Shown piece by piece: positions 1 to 13,594 of a DNA stretch of 64,000 nucleotides. The position numbers were made by a program, and so were the translations under genes. The DNA comes from Octopus sinensis (Eukaryota): NCBI RefSeq assembly GCF_006345805.1, contig NC_042998.1, positions 149,234,001-149,298,000 of the forward strand, written 5' to 3'. The first letter of the stretch is position 1. Each line of letters begins with the position of its first letter. Below the pieces are notes generated by a model, which worked only from the letters and a program-made list of their open reading frames with translations, did no database searches and had not been told where the DNA came from.

Positions 1-329
1 GCATGAGCGTATAATGACGTGTATATGAACATAATTGTGCGCGTATGGCTGTGTGTATGCGTTGTGTGTGGGTAAGCATGCATGTGTTTCACGCGAGTGT
101 GAGTGAGCATATGCTTATATGCTCATGTACAAGGGTGTGCGTGCGCGCATGTGTATGTATGTACATGCGCGCATACACGATTTCTGAGTTTTTTAACTTT
201 CACTTTCGGGTTTTTTCCCTTTATTTAACTGTCATTCTAATATTTCTTTTGCTTGTCTTAATAACGGTCATCTTCATAGTAATTTCCCTTTGTTTAACGG
301 TCATTTTCATAGCATTTTTGTTTGTCTTA

Positions 330-387
330 ATAACTGACGAGATGCCAGAGCAGATTTCCGCCCGACATCCGAAACTCGAAGTTTTAT
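330..387 (+). ncRNA. Type I hammerhead-ribozyme-like motif (PLE-associated type)
   Basis: ATAA-CTGACGA-GATG(loop)CATC-C-GAAAC-tcgaa-GTT-TTAT: intact CUGANGA, GAAA and GUU core; helix I ATAA/TTAT; helix II GATG/CATC with one extra C; 2-bp helix III. Confidence 0.55.
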
Positions 388-555
388 AATGGCAACTGAG
401 TAATTGTCGCATACATATAAATTCCTCTATTTACATAATATTGAGGTCTCATTCACTCTTTCTTTTAGTGTAATACTATTTATTACTATTAATATATATA
501 TATATATATATATATGCATATATATTTATAGATACATATATATGCACACACATAT

Positions 556-1915
556 AAGGTAATGGACGACATTCTTTTTGCTCCGCTCGTCGTTCATAAA
601 AAATTCCGCGTTCGCAATACTTTTTTTCGTTCGGCGTTAACAGCCCTTCTTATCTTGTTTTTCCTTGTCCTGTATTTTACTGTTTATAATTTGTACTGTC
701 GTTACTGTCCTGTTTTTGTTACTATTTTTTACCCCTCTGCGAAAAGATCTCAGAATTTTAATTGATTTGCTTTTCGCAGGAAGGAAAGTTTCTTGTCAAA
801 GATACGTCTCGCTTTTATCCTTCGAAACGTAGAATAGATGAAACCATAGCGACTGAAGAAGGGTTTTTTCTTTGTGTTAATTGTCCTGTACTCTATTTTT
901 TTGTTGTTTTTAAAAAATGTCCAGTTCCTTTGGTTTGTGTCTATGTTTTCGTTTCTCATTGTGTTCGACGTCCTTTTGGTGTCCTGTACTCATATATGCA
1001 TGTATATGTACATGTAGAGGTAGGTACGTACATATATGTTTATATATATGTATGTTTTATTTTATTTATAAATATATTATATGACGAAACGCACGCACCC
1101 CCTTAAGTAAGATTGTTCTTTATATCAAGTTTTGTTCTTGATATTAACTTTGACGCGCACTCTTAACCTTTCTGTGCCATCCCTTTCTCAGCCTTCATCC
1201 TTTGATTTCCCTTTTCTCTACTTAACTTGTCTCTTCCTCTCTCTCATTCTTTACTCTCTCTCTCCCCCTCTCCATTCTTCATGGTTTCCTCGCAGCCATT
1301 CCCCTTCTTCTCTCCCTTTCTCTTACTCCTCCTCCCCCTTCCCGTCGTTCACCCGCGACGAGACTTCCACCGCTGTCTTTCTGGCCTGGCCCTCTCAAGG
1401 TAATGGACGACATTCTTTTTGCTCTGCTCGTCGTTCATAAAAAATTCCGCGTTCGCAATACTTTTTTTCGTTCGGCGTTAACAGCCCTTCTTATCTTGTT
1501 TTTCCTTGTCCTGTCTTTTACTGTTTATAATTTGTACTGTCGTTACTGTCCTGGTTTTGTTATCATTTTTACTCCTCTGCGAAAAGATCTCAGAATTTTA
1601 ATTGATTTGCTTTTCGCAGGAAGGAAAGTTTCTTGTCGAAGATACGTCTCGCTTTTATCCTTCGAAACGTAGAGTAGATGAAACCATAGCGACTGAAGAA
1701 GGGTTTTTTCTTTGTGTTAATTGTCCTGTACTCTATTTTTTGTTGTTTTTAAAAAATGTCCAGTTCCTTTGGTTTGTGTCTATGTGTTTCGTCTCTCTAT
1801 GTGTTCGACGTCCTTTTGGTGTCCTGTACTCATATATGTGTGTATATGTACATGTAGAAGTAGGTACGTACATATATGCTTATATATATGCATGTTTTAT
1901 TTTATTTATTAATAT
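556..1915 (+). mobile_element. Partial tandem of a Penelope-like 3'-end repeat (copies 556-1078 and 1397-1915, CT-rich body between)
   Basis: About 520-bp direct repeat, period 841, few substitutions. Copy 1 starts abruptly at AAGGTAATGG while copy 2 continues upstream. PLE assignment is inferred from this architecture. Confidence 0.5.
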
Positions 1916-1971
1916 ATGTATATATATATATACATATGTATGCATGCATATATATATGCATATATATATAT

Positions 1972-1988
1972 ATATGCAAGTACGTATG

Positions 1989-2019
<31 letters not shown>

Positions 2020-2206
2020 ATTGATTATATTTGAAAACGAAAGGAAAACGTACTCAATGCATTTAGTAGAGTATATATATATATATAATATATATATATA
2101 TAATATATATATGCAAGTACGTATGTATATATATGTGTGTGTGGGTGTGTGTGTGTATTGATTATATTTGAAACGAAAGGAAAACGTACTCAATGCATTA
2201 GTAGAG

Positions 2207-2210
<4 letters not shown>
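1972..2210. repeat. Local tandem duplication, period about 136 bp
   Basis: atgcaagtacgtatg...gaaaggaaaacgtactcaatgcatt(t)agtagagtat occurs twice. Confidence 0.85.
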
Positions 2211-2249
<39 letters not shown>

Positions 2250-2699
2250 ATATATATATCATTCTATTTTTAGACGTTTAATCCTAGAGTTGTTGCTTTT
2301 AAGTTTCGTTATTACGCACACACATCCACGAATACACATACACACACACACAAGCATAGACATGCAGATATACATATACATACTTTCCTACCTATATATA
2401 AGTGTTATACACACACACAGATATATTAGTATGTGTATGTATATACACTCACGCATGTATGTATGCCATCATCATCATCAACACCAACACCAATATCGGT
2501 GCCAATAACGACGTTGATGAAATTCGTTTCCTCTCAAATCGTTATATTGGTGGTGCTCACTTAATTACTCCACTACTTCTTCCTCTACCTCGTTCTCAAT
2601 CTAATTAAACTTACTCATTGTGATGAAAACCTGTTAATATGATTAATATGTTACGTAAACGAAAGATTAATATCGTTAGAATAAAACTACCAATAATCA

Positions 2700-2876
<177 letters not shown>

Positions 2877-3403
2877 GCTATTGCATTATTACAAAAGAAC
2901 TCTCAAATCTAGGTGCAGTAAATATGTACGAATATATGTATGCATATATATGTGTGCGTATATATATATATATATGTATGTATGTGTATATGTATATATG
3001 TATGTATGTATGTGTGCATGTATTATATATTACGTAATTATTTATATGTTTCATTGCGTTTGTTATTTGTTTATGCATGTATACGAATCTGGTTGAGTGG
3101 GTACGTAATTTTATATAGATATACACACTCATATACATATGTAATGCTTACATGCTTGGTTATGTATGTATACACACATATAAGTATACAGAACGTTGTT
3201 TTCTGTACTATTCACGTTTTATGGACCCTACCACCGTCTTTCTCCTTCTTCCACCCAGCGAAATATTTTACTCTGTTCTTTGTTGTTAGCTGAGACAAGA
3301 AATACCCGAACAGTTTTCACTGTTGGAATACAGGCTTCAAGTTCGAATACAGTTCAAATTTAACGTTCGGTTTTGTTTTGCACCAATAAAAATTAAATAT
3401 ATG

Positions 3404-3475
3404 AGGACACATGGCCTAGTAGTTAGGGTGTTCGCGAGATTGTGGTTTCAATTCCTAGACCTGGTGGTGCGATGT
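3404..3475 (+). mobile_element. tRNA-derived SINE head fragment
   Basis: gaggacacatggcctagtagttaggg (A-box-like) and gtttcaattcc (B-box-like); similar to the head of the SINE at 10785-11089. Confidence 0.5.
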
Positions 3476-3751
3476 TATGAAAAGTGAATTATTGAATGTC
3501 AATACTTTTTACTGGTAGGAAATTACTGGATAACACCAGGAGGAATTCAGACAACGATCTTTGTTACCATTTTTGACTATATGCATTATTTGACTTGTAC
3601 ATGGAGAAGGCTTGGCTGCGCAGTAGAGTAAGTCAACTGAACAACACTTCTTGGGGTAGTCATTGTATTTAATAAATTTTGACTAGTTTCAATGGCTTTC
3701 ATGACTGAAACACACATACACACGCAGCTATATACAAATATGTATATTATC

Positions 3752-3932
3752 TTTTATTCGTTGACTGCGGCCATGCTGGGGCACCGCTTTGAAGGGTCTT
3801 CGTCAAACAAATCGACTTCAGGACTTTTTTTTTTAAAGCCTAGTACTTATGGTAATAGTTTCTTGTTTCGAACGCTAAGTTACGGGGATATAAACATAAC
3901 AACATCAGTTGCAGTGATGAGGAGACAAACAG

Positions 3933-4000
<68 letters not shown>

Positions 4001-4156
4001 CATACACACACACACATGACGGGCTTCATTCAATTTCAATCTACCAAATCCACTCACAAGTCCTTCGGTCGGCCCAAGGTGCCAAGCATTGAAACTGAAC
4101 CGGGAACCATGTGCATGGGAAGCAAGTTTCTTACCATACAACCACGCCTTCGCCTA
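3752..4156 (-). mobile_element. tRNA-derived SINE, family 1
   Basis: Reverse complement of the 4284-4706 copy; internal (CA)n. Confidence 0.85.
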
Positions 4157-4283
4157 TAGTAATGATCTTTTGGACGTTGAATGATGAGGAATAAGCTGCG
4201 AATGTTTTGTTTGTTATGTTTTTGTAATATTTCTGCTTGTTGTGCTTTTATTAAATTATATATATATATATATAATGTACATA

Positions 4284-4706
4284 GGCGCAGGAGTGGCTGT
4301 GTGGTAAGTAGCTTGTTTACCAACCACATGGTTCCGGGTTCAATCCCACTGCGTGGCACATTGGGCAAGTGTTTTCTGCTATAGCCCCGGGCCGACCAAT
4401 GCCTTGTGAGTGGATTTGGTAGACGGAAGCTGAAAGAAGCCTGTCGTATATATGTATATATATATATAAGTGTGTGTGTATATGTTTGTGTGTCTGTGTT
4501 TGTCCCCCTAGCATTGCTTGACAACCGATGCTGGTGTGTTTACGTCCCCGTCAGCGGTTCGGCAAAAGAGACCGATAGAATAAGTACTGGGCTTACAAAG
4601 AATAAGTCTCGGGGTCAATTTGCTCGACTAAAGGCGGTGCTCCAGCATGGCCGCAGTCAAATGACTGAAACAAGTAAAAGAGTAAAAGAGTAAAGAGTAA
4701 AAGAGT
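4284..4706 (+). mobile_element. tRNA-derived SINE, family 1, full length
   Basis: Head ggcgcaggagtggctgtgtggtaag...ggttcaatccc with A/B boxes; core ggccgaccaatgccttgtgagtggatttggtagacggaagctgaaagaagcc; (GTAAAAGA)-type tail; many homologues in the window. Confidence 0.9.
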
Positions 4707-4805
4707 ATGTATGTATTGTTTAAAGATCCAATAGAGGTAGAATCAGCAAAAGAAATACTCCATTCAGTGAGAGATAAATATCAATCTAAATACACAACCA
4801 AAAGA

Positions 4806-5514
4806 GCTACAAATAGCTTCATGCTATTACAAGACTTGAACAGGCATATTTATAAAAAAAGGCCATGCCTTCAAGTAATCTTTAACGCTCTGTTTATGAG
4901 TTATATATATTTTGAAAACAACGACGATGGACAGTAAGAAAATAAGGAACAAACTTGGAAAAATCCGTGAAGAATGTTGGTGCAAAAAATGGAACGACTA
5001 AAAAAGAAACGAAGTCTAGATAACTAAGATTCTCATCCTCCTTGATTACAGAAAGATCATTAAATACAAATGGTTTTTTAAAAACTAACAGAAAATATGC
5101 CAAAGTCTGTGAGATTGCAACTCAATCCGGAGCGGTTGGTCCCCTCCAGTTCGATAAAAGAAACCTGTCCATGTGTCTACACCTGCTAAAAATTTAAGAT
5201 CCCGAATTAAGCAGTGTGTTGGAATTGTTGGATCGAAGAAGAATATGAGATATTTCTGCTACGCGTAAGTTGCATTTCTTAGATCCATTAACATATGTCT
5301 TGGGTTTCTCCACTATTCTCCACTTAATTTTATGTGGTTTATAAGCTGCTCTTTAAATTCCAAACGGGGCTAGCCAACTTAGTTGCATTACTTTTATCGA
5401 AGTACCGGAAAGAAGACAAGTGGTTTGCATTGCGTCTCTTGAATTTGCCTAACATAATCGAAGTAATTCTTTTCAAACCACCTTTCTTTTTGCAAGCATG
5501 AAACTATTAGTAGC
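4806..5514. mobile_element. Putative non-autonomous DNA element bounded by 18-bp inverted repeats
   Basis: gctacaaatagcttcatg (4806-4823) and catgaaactattagtagc (5497-5514), 16/18 complementary; same motif bounds 61631-61863. Confidence 0.45.
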
Positions 5515-5526
5515 ATTATCGCATAT

Positions 5527-5588
<62 letters not shown>

Positions 5589-7519
5589 CTTAATATTTCC
5601 TTTCATAATTTTTGCTTCGTATATTGATAGAAGCGTTAGAGGTAGTTTACTTTCAGAGTTCAAATTTTGCCATGGTCAACTGCACCTCTGATCTTCCGAG
5701 AGACGATAAAATAAATTGTTACTCAAGTCCTGTGATCGTAATAATTAACCTCAATCCCACTAAATTTCAGATCTTGTGCCTATGTTAGAAACTCGTATTT
5801 TTATCACCCTGCTACAACTGCTGGTACAGCCCTGCCTCTCTCACCAGCTGTCTTATCCTCCATATTCTACAAGGTCAAGGGTGAGAGGCTTACGAGGGTG
5901 TCTATATCTGCTCGGGACTACATAGATACCTAAAACAATTACCTAAAGCATGGGACACATTACTGAGTTACACTCGCTCGCGAGTGACGGTCATGGTTTT
6001 ATTATTTTTCTGAAAATTAACAGAATGTTTTCTCCACATATGGTTAGGGGTTTCAGAATGAAAGACGAAGAAATGGATAACAACAATATTTCATGGAGTT
6101 CTTAAAGATATTTTCTACAATATGTGAAGTAGTTCGAAGACAAGATCAAGACCCGAATGCTGGTTCGAGTGAACCGAGGACTTGACATGACAAAAAGAGC
6201 CATAATAGATTTTATAATCAAATATGAAACGTTAAGGCAAGTATATAGTAATGAGTCTTGCCCAAGGACATAACAACAGCAACAACAATGATAATAATAA
6301 CAATAATTATAAGCCTTGCTCTCACACTCAATAATAATAATAATAGTAATAATAATAATAAAGCTACTGTAAGACAAGATCTCAGAGAGTAATGATCAAG
6401 ATATCAACTATTTTAGCAGACTACTAATTAATAAATTACTCACAAAGTTATTAATTAATTTTGTAGCCTCCAGGATTAGGTTAGGGCTCGAGTTATAGAT
6501 CTGCTGTGGATCGGGTGCGTTTACCGAAACTGACACTTCTCACTCTCTCTCTACAATCGCGTAAATTTATCTGCTTCCTCCTCCACCCTATCATCATCGT
6601 CTTCGTCTTCATCTCCTCCTCCTCCACCTCCTCCTCGTTTTTCTTATTCCCCTTCTCCTCCTCCTCCCCTCCCCATCAACATCCTTGTAATGATCATAAT
6701 CATAGTCGTCGCCTTTATCATTATTGCTATCATCATCATCATCATCATCAACATCGCTATCATCATCATCATTATCATTCCCTGGACTCCCTCCATCGCA
6801 GTATCACCATCATCATTTCACTACCATCACCATCCCTATCATCCCCATATCACCACCACCACCACCACGCTTATTATTGTCGCCGCCATGTGTGCTGGTG
6901 ATGGTTGCCGTTGTTGTGTAGCGTCAGGTCAAAACTGAAAAAGTCGACCTATTTTCAAAGACAATCCATAAGTGCCTGTAGTCTATCTAGGACTATGTTA
7001 TTCACACATCCTTCATTCTATAATGATTGTAGAATTGAATTGGAGAAAAATTTAGCTGCTGTTTCTAGTAGATTAAAGCCGCTGAAATTAGTAATAGTAT
7101 TGGCAGTTAATTATAGGCGTCCCACTCGTGACCAACGCCTTTCTCTCCACCCCAAGCACCCTGTACCTAAAACTATCATATGCAATGTATCTTTGCTCTT
7201 TTAAGCTAGCAGGGTGTGACGCGAAGGTTGCTATTTTTAGTAAGTTGAACTCCCTATTGTAGACATGATAACGATGACGTTGGGGGATTTTGTTAGTATT
7301 ATGTTTGTTTAGCCCTAGGCCTTCTCAGGCAAGCAGTCACACGATCAAAGTATTCCCAGCCATGACCAACCCACTTTTTTGTATGTCAGGAGTTACACTC
7401 TGTAACGAGTCCTTCTTAACACAGTAGTTAAAGACGCATTTGGCTGCTATATCTAACATGTAGAAGTTCTATTCTAAATTCTCCTTACATCACCTGTCAA
7501 GCTCCATTGGAATACAAGC

Positions 7520-8765
7520 TGAGACACATCATTCCTGTTCCGCATAAAGATCTGTCAGAATACGGCACGTATTGATGTTATTATAATAATGATGTTATTC
7601 TCAGCCGGACTCTTCGACCGTATCATGCTCAGATCAAACCAAAATAGCTTTCGCAAAGGCTGCTCCATCCTTGAATCTATTTTAACTCTTCACTGACTCA
7701 TTGAATTCAATTCAGCAGAGAAAGATAGCACTTTGTGCGCCGACTTTGTGGATTTCACCAAAGCTTTTGACTCCGTCCACCAAGAGCGAATGTTTTAGAT
7801 TCTTTCTATCTGAAGTTTTAAAGGCTCTCAGCTTTATCAATGCAGAGTGCACAAATTTCCTATGCACCCTGGCGGACACACCGACACATTCGTAGGCAAT
7901 ACAGGAGGTCCCCTAGGCGCCACCTTAATTCGTTTCCTAGCCAATGCATGCTCTAGTATAGATGCTATGGCATTTGAGGTAGGCATAACTCCCCATCCTC
8001 ACCGAGGTTTACATCATCCAGCATCGTACCTCACTGACCTCGACTTCGCAGATGACATCACACTCGCCTCACATACAATCATAAATACTCAAACTCTTCT
8101 CACAAACCTGGAATCGGCTGCCATTGAAGCTGGCCTTTCAATAAATCGGTCGATGACAAAGACAAATAATTCATCGGTGAAAATACCCATTAAATCAGTT
8201 GCCCATTTCTGCTACCTCGGCTGCCGTACACACTCTATCAGTACAGATGCTAACATTTATAAAGCGATTAAAAGGTTAGCATCCGACAGGCTATAGAAAA
8301 TTTGGAAAGCTTCACAACTATCATACGACCTAACACAACGCCTGTTTCGTGCTACAATAGAATCTGTTCTGCTCTATGACTCTGATGGTTAGTCTTTTAT
8401 GGCAGCCAAACACCAATCACCAGACAGCACAATCAATCGACTTCTGCGGAAGCCTTTATCATCTCTTATGCCAAGCATATAGCAAGCATGTCACTTATGG
8501 ATCTTTACCTCTTCTCAGCCAGAGAATGAAGCAAAGACAGCTAAAACTCACAAGCTAATGCCTTCATCGATCAGATCAATCTGCCACTGTGTTTTCTCTC
8601 CAGTTGGTCGGAGATATTCATGCTTGTTGGTAATACCCGTGTGACGTATGTCTGTGAACTTGTGCAAGAAGCAGAAATTATACACTGTCTCAGGGTTGGC
8701 TCTCGCAGTGCCATGTAGAATAGCCTGGAGGTGAATTAGCTTTCCAATAGATGTCGATGTCCACG
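7520..8765 (+). mobile_element. Degenerate RTE-clade LINE, RT region and 3' end
   Basis: Frameshifted motifs NQNSFRKGCS, FVDFTKAFDSVH, DLDFADDITL, HFCYLG, RLFRATIESVLLY. Confidence 0.85.
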
Positions 8766-8989
8766 AGTCATGTGACTTAAACTAAGGTCTAGCGGGTAGG
8801 ACGGCTGTTCCAATGAAAATGTTGTTGTTATTGTTATTGTTCGTTGGTGTTTAGCTCCAGGTCAGCAGACTCCTTACCAACAGAATTTCAGCCGTGACCA
8901 TCCTGTCTCTATCCCATCTACAAGTAACTCAGGAGAGCGCTATACAACGGGTCGATTTCGAAGACAATACTGTGATTTCAGGAAGACTG

Positions 8990-9650
8990 ACTGCTATTTC
9001 TAGCAAGTTAACTGACCACGAAGACACTTCCTTGTTGACAGTACTGGTGGTAGTGGTGGTGATGATGGTGAGGGCAGTGGTAGAAGTGAAGGTAGTACTT
9101 AATGTTAATGGTTGTGGTGGTGATTGTTGTTGATGTAATGCTAATGGTGATTGCAGTGGTGGTGGGAGTGTGGTGTAATGTAGAGATGATGACTGTCGAT
9201 GAGGTAGTGGTATTGGCAAAGACTGTGATGGTGCTGGTTGTGGTGGCAGTGGCAATGGTGATGGCGATGGTACTGGTGATAATAGTGGTGTCGGTAGAGG
9301 CTGTGGTGGTGGTGGTGTGGTTTGAAACGGCATTAGTGGTTTGTTAGTATTCTTAATGATGGCGGTGACGGTGGTGATGGCGGTGGTATTGGTAAAGACA
9401 GTGGTTTTTGTACTAGAGGCGGCAGCGGTGGTAGTTTTGTAGTATGCTTAGTGGGGGGTAGTGGTGGTAGTGGGGGGTAGTGGTGGTAGTGGTGGTGGTG
9501 GTGGTGGTAGTGACGTGTTGTGGACGCAGCTATTATATATACTTGCACAGTTGTTGTTGTTGGTTGTGGCAATAGCGATGGTGCTGGGGGTGGCGGCAGT
9601 TTGTAGTGGTGGCGACGGTGGTGGTGGTGGTGGCGGCGGCGGCAATTAAT
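8990..9650. repeat. Cryptic (GGT/GTG)n low-complexity tract
   Basis: Direct reading; similar tracts at about 16780-17300, 29400-30300, 52100-52740. Confidence 0.85.
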
Positions 9651-10256
9651 GGCAGTGTACGTCGGTGGTGCGTTTGTAAGGACGTTGGCATTATGGCAGC
9701 ATGGCACCGTGTCTGCTAGAAGAATTTAACCACTCTGGGCGTAGCTAACGAGACGCGCTAATTAAATAAAACTCACTCTTGAGCGATAAATTATTTAAAC
9801 AGATTCTAAATGCAGACAGAGACACAACGCACACGCACACACACACATACACACACGCACACACACATATACACACACACACTTACGTGCACATGTATGT
9901 TTGTATGTGTTGTAAATGTGTAAATAAATGTTCTTATATATGTGTGTGTCTATACACACACGCGTGTACGCGCACATGTATACGCACACACACACAGACA
10001 TACACACATATACATTTACGTGTGTGGCTATGTGTATATGAACGTGTTTAAATATGCATATCTATGCGTCTGCCTGAATGTTTATATGTTCATCTAAATG
10101 CGTGTAATATATAGATGCATGCTTGTAGTGTGTGTGTTCGCGCACATCTAAATGTGTTTATATATGTGTGTATATATATGTGTGTGTGTGTGTGTGTGTC
10201 TGTGTGAGTGTGTGTATATATATGTGTGTGTGTGTTCGTGCACATCTAAATATAAT

Positions 10257-10289
<33 letters not shown>

Positions 10290-10784
10290 ACGTGTGTGTA
10301 CGTGTGTGTGTATGTATGTGTGTGTATGTGTGTATGTTTGTGTGTGTATCTGCGTGCGTATCAATGATTTATGTATGTTTAGATATATGCTTTTGTGTGT
10401 ACGTACGTGGGCATGCAAATGTATTATTATATATGCATGTATGTATGTGTATGTATATATTTGTGCACGCACATCGGAATGGTTTATATATGAATACATA
10501 TGCATGTGTGTGTGCATATATATCTATGTGTATATATGTGTATCCTTCAACATGTATATCCTCTCTCTAAATTTTAATATCAACAGAACTATCTAAAAGA
10601 GCCGCCACAACTCTCTCTGGGTTGTCTAAGAATATCTGGTCTAAAAAGAAGTGGCTGATTCATATCAAGTCAGCAGTCAACAGATTCTGTGTCCTTAGCA
10701 GATTTACAGCAGCGTAAATTGGAGATTCTACTTCAGATATAGGAGGTGCCTCAACACCTTCCTTTTTCATACCCGGTGGCACAT

Positions 10785-11089
10785 GTTTCTTTGTTGTTTC
10801 TTCCCTCTCGAGCCATGCATGGCTCATAAGGGCCGGTTTCCCGGTTTCCTTGACGTACAGGTTCCCCACCTAGACAGGACGTCGGTCCTTCGCAGGTGAG
10901 CTGCAAGATGCAGGAAGAAAGAGTGAGAGAAAATTGTGGCGAAAGAGTCAGCAGAAGTTCGCCATTACCTTCTGCCGGAGCCTCGTGGAGCTTAGGTGTT
11001 TCGCTCATAAACACACACATCACCCGGTCTGAGATTCGACCCCTCGACCGCGATTCCGCTGCTCCAACCACAAGGCAATGTGCCTCCAC
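10785..11089 (-). mobile_element. tRNA-derived SINE, family 4
   Basis: Minus strand begins gtggaggcacattgccttgtggttggagc...gggtcgaatc (A/B boxes) and ends in an A/C-rich tail. Confidence 0.75.
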
Positions 11090-11812
11090 GGTGGCACAGC
11101 CTCGACATGAAGTAGACTGAGCGAGTCACAATCAATGATGTTCTTCTCACGCCCAGATATTCAGCGTCTTCACTCTGCTCGAAAAGACATCTCCGTTGAT
11201 TGGGCTACGTACAATACTGTCGAAAGATCCGCCGTATTGGGAACAGGCATCTAGCAAGAAACACTAGTTTGACAGCTATCATCGCTTGAAAGGTGTCGGC
11301 AGGAGAGAAATAAAGACTGAATATGAACGTCGAAAGTATGGAGGAAGACATTGCAAGTGATCACTCTCGTTTAAAGTTTATAAAGAGAGGAAAAGGTAAA
11401 GTTTACTGCCGAAGAAAGCTACATTGAGAAAAAATGGCACCAAGACAATAAGGGCAATTATTGAAACTGGGACAATTATTCCATTGATTAATCTGTGGTT
11501 TCACTAAGTGTTTATATAATTTGTAGATATAACGAATATATTTCGGCATGCAAGGGTTTAACAAAGAACTCAATGATATTCCGGGAGTTCAAATTTCAGA
11601 GCAATGCTGTACAAACACACACACACACAAAGTACGACCCAAATATACTCATCTTTCTACTTCTATTCCCTTTCACCAACTAAACATGTTTCTCTTTATA
11701 TTTCCCCTTCACTCTCATCTTGTCTCGCTTCTCAGATTCTGAAGTATTTCGTCCAAATTTCTACCTTGGAACTTTAATCTTCTAGAATTCTCTCCATACA
11801 CCTCTCTCCCCC

Positions 11813-11847
<35 letters not shown>

Positions 11848-12266
11848 TCTCGCTCACTCTCTCTCTGTTAATTTTCTTTCCTTCAGATACCATGTTATAA
11901 GTGTTCAGAGTCAACACTTATCAATATCATAAGTCTTACAGGAAGAATAGAAGTCACAAACGCCTTTCCTCTCCTAACTTCTACAAACAAAGATTTAACT
12001 TACCAATTCTTACGCCATCCCTGTAAATAAGCAGAGTTACGACTCTATTTCCCGCAGCAGCATGTTGCTATTGTTGATGTTGTTTTCTACACCATTGCTG
12101 TACATTTGGTGCTGCTGCCTCGATACATGATAACTGCAGAAGGAATTAGGTTGTCAGAGAGTAATTGCTAAATTATTATTAATTGATCTCTTTGTTGGTT
12201 CAGTAAATCCGTTAATACGGCAATACGTTAGGAACAACGATTCAGGAATATATTTGTGGTAAAATC

Positions 12267-12430
12267 GTCCATGTAACCTAGGGGTTCGGCAAAAGAGACC
12301 GATGAAATAAGTACCAAGCTTAAGAAATAAGTGCTGGGGTGTCGATTTATTCTGCTAAAAAAACCCTTCAATGCGGTGCTCCAGTATGGCCGCAATCTAA
12401 TGACTAAAACAAGTAAAAGAACAAAAGAAT
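12267..12430 (+). mobile_element. SINE family 1, 3' fragment
   Basis: ggttcggcaaaagagaccgat...gcggtgctccagtatggccgca matches 4555-4680. Confidence 0.8.
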
Positions 12431-13019
12431 ATATGAAACATGAAACCACACCAAAAGCATGAAATATAAACTAGCGGAACATTACACCCTTCAATCAACG
12501 TTTTCAAACGATGTACAGGGAAAAATACAAGCATAGATCAATATCTATTAAATTTATATGTTCAGTTTATAAAATAAATTAACTGAATAAATTACTAATT
12601 AAAAGTAAAATGAAAGTAAAATAAATTGAAATAAAAATAGAATTGAATTACAAGAATATTATGTATAAAATATATAATATAAAATAATATAGGCATGGCA
12701 AAAACTACCATACTGAAACAGATTAAGGCATAAGTTAAACGTCCCAACTACAAAGGGGCTGAATAATCCAGGACTAATTAAACGACATAGTGTTCCTGTT
12801 ATTTGGTAACAACTTAAACGACACTGAAATTATAGAATAAACAACATTAACATATACGCTTAACGTCTACAAACATTTAAAATTGGTAAAACAAATATAT
12901 CATCATAAAATTGTTCTAAGTATAAGGTAACACAACTCCACGCGTTGCAAAGAAATTAATGAAAGCCACACTTACATGCAAACCCATTGCTGCCAAAATA
13001 CTAAAAGATCATTGTTTAC

Positions 13020-13165
13020 GTTCTGAGTTCAAATTCCGCTGAGGTCGACTTTGCATTTTATCCTTTCGGGGTCGATAAATAAGTACTAGTTGTGCACTGG
13101 GGCCGATCTAATCGACTGGTTCCCTCCCCCAAAACTTTGGGCCTTGTGCCTATAGTAGAAAAGAA
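13020..13165 (+). mobile_element. SINE family 2 fragment
   Basis: cgttctgagttcaaattccgctgaggtcgactttgc matches the 20306 and 48250 copies. Confidence 0.8.
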
Positions 13166-13594
13166 AAGAATGCTAAGAGATCATTAGCGATCAACAGGCG
13201 GAAGTCCATACCTATGGAAGTGGAAGTGACGTTACACACGACAATGAATGACAATCAACTCAAAAACTGCTAAACAGTGATATAACCTCACCTTAAGCTA
13301 AAACTCCTTACAATTCCTTGCTCGGCTGTAAACCTGAGATCATTCTATATTCTCTCAAACGTTCACCATGTTTCTCCCCAAGCAATTAACCAACCCTTTA
13401 CTACTTTAACCTTGTTTTTCCACATGCACCATTAACTTTTTAACCTTATTCCCAAACAATTCAACCTCATTTATATTTCTACGGTATTTAAAAACTTGAC
13501 TGAAATGCACATTATATGCTATCCAAAGAGGAAATCTATTATCAGGCCAATGGCAACCATGCAGTCTATAAATTTGTATTAGTTTCAATTTTTG

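Noticed and set aside
6474-6486. Telomeric TTAGGG seed
   Set aside because: Only one and a half units; expected by chance
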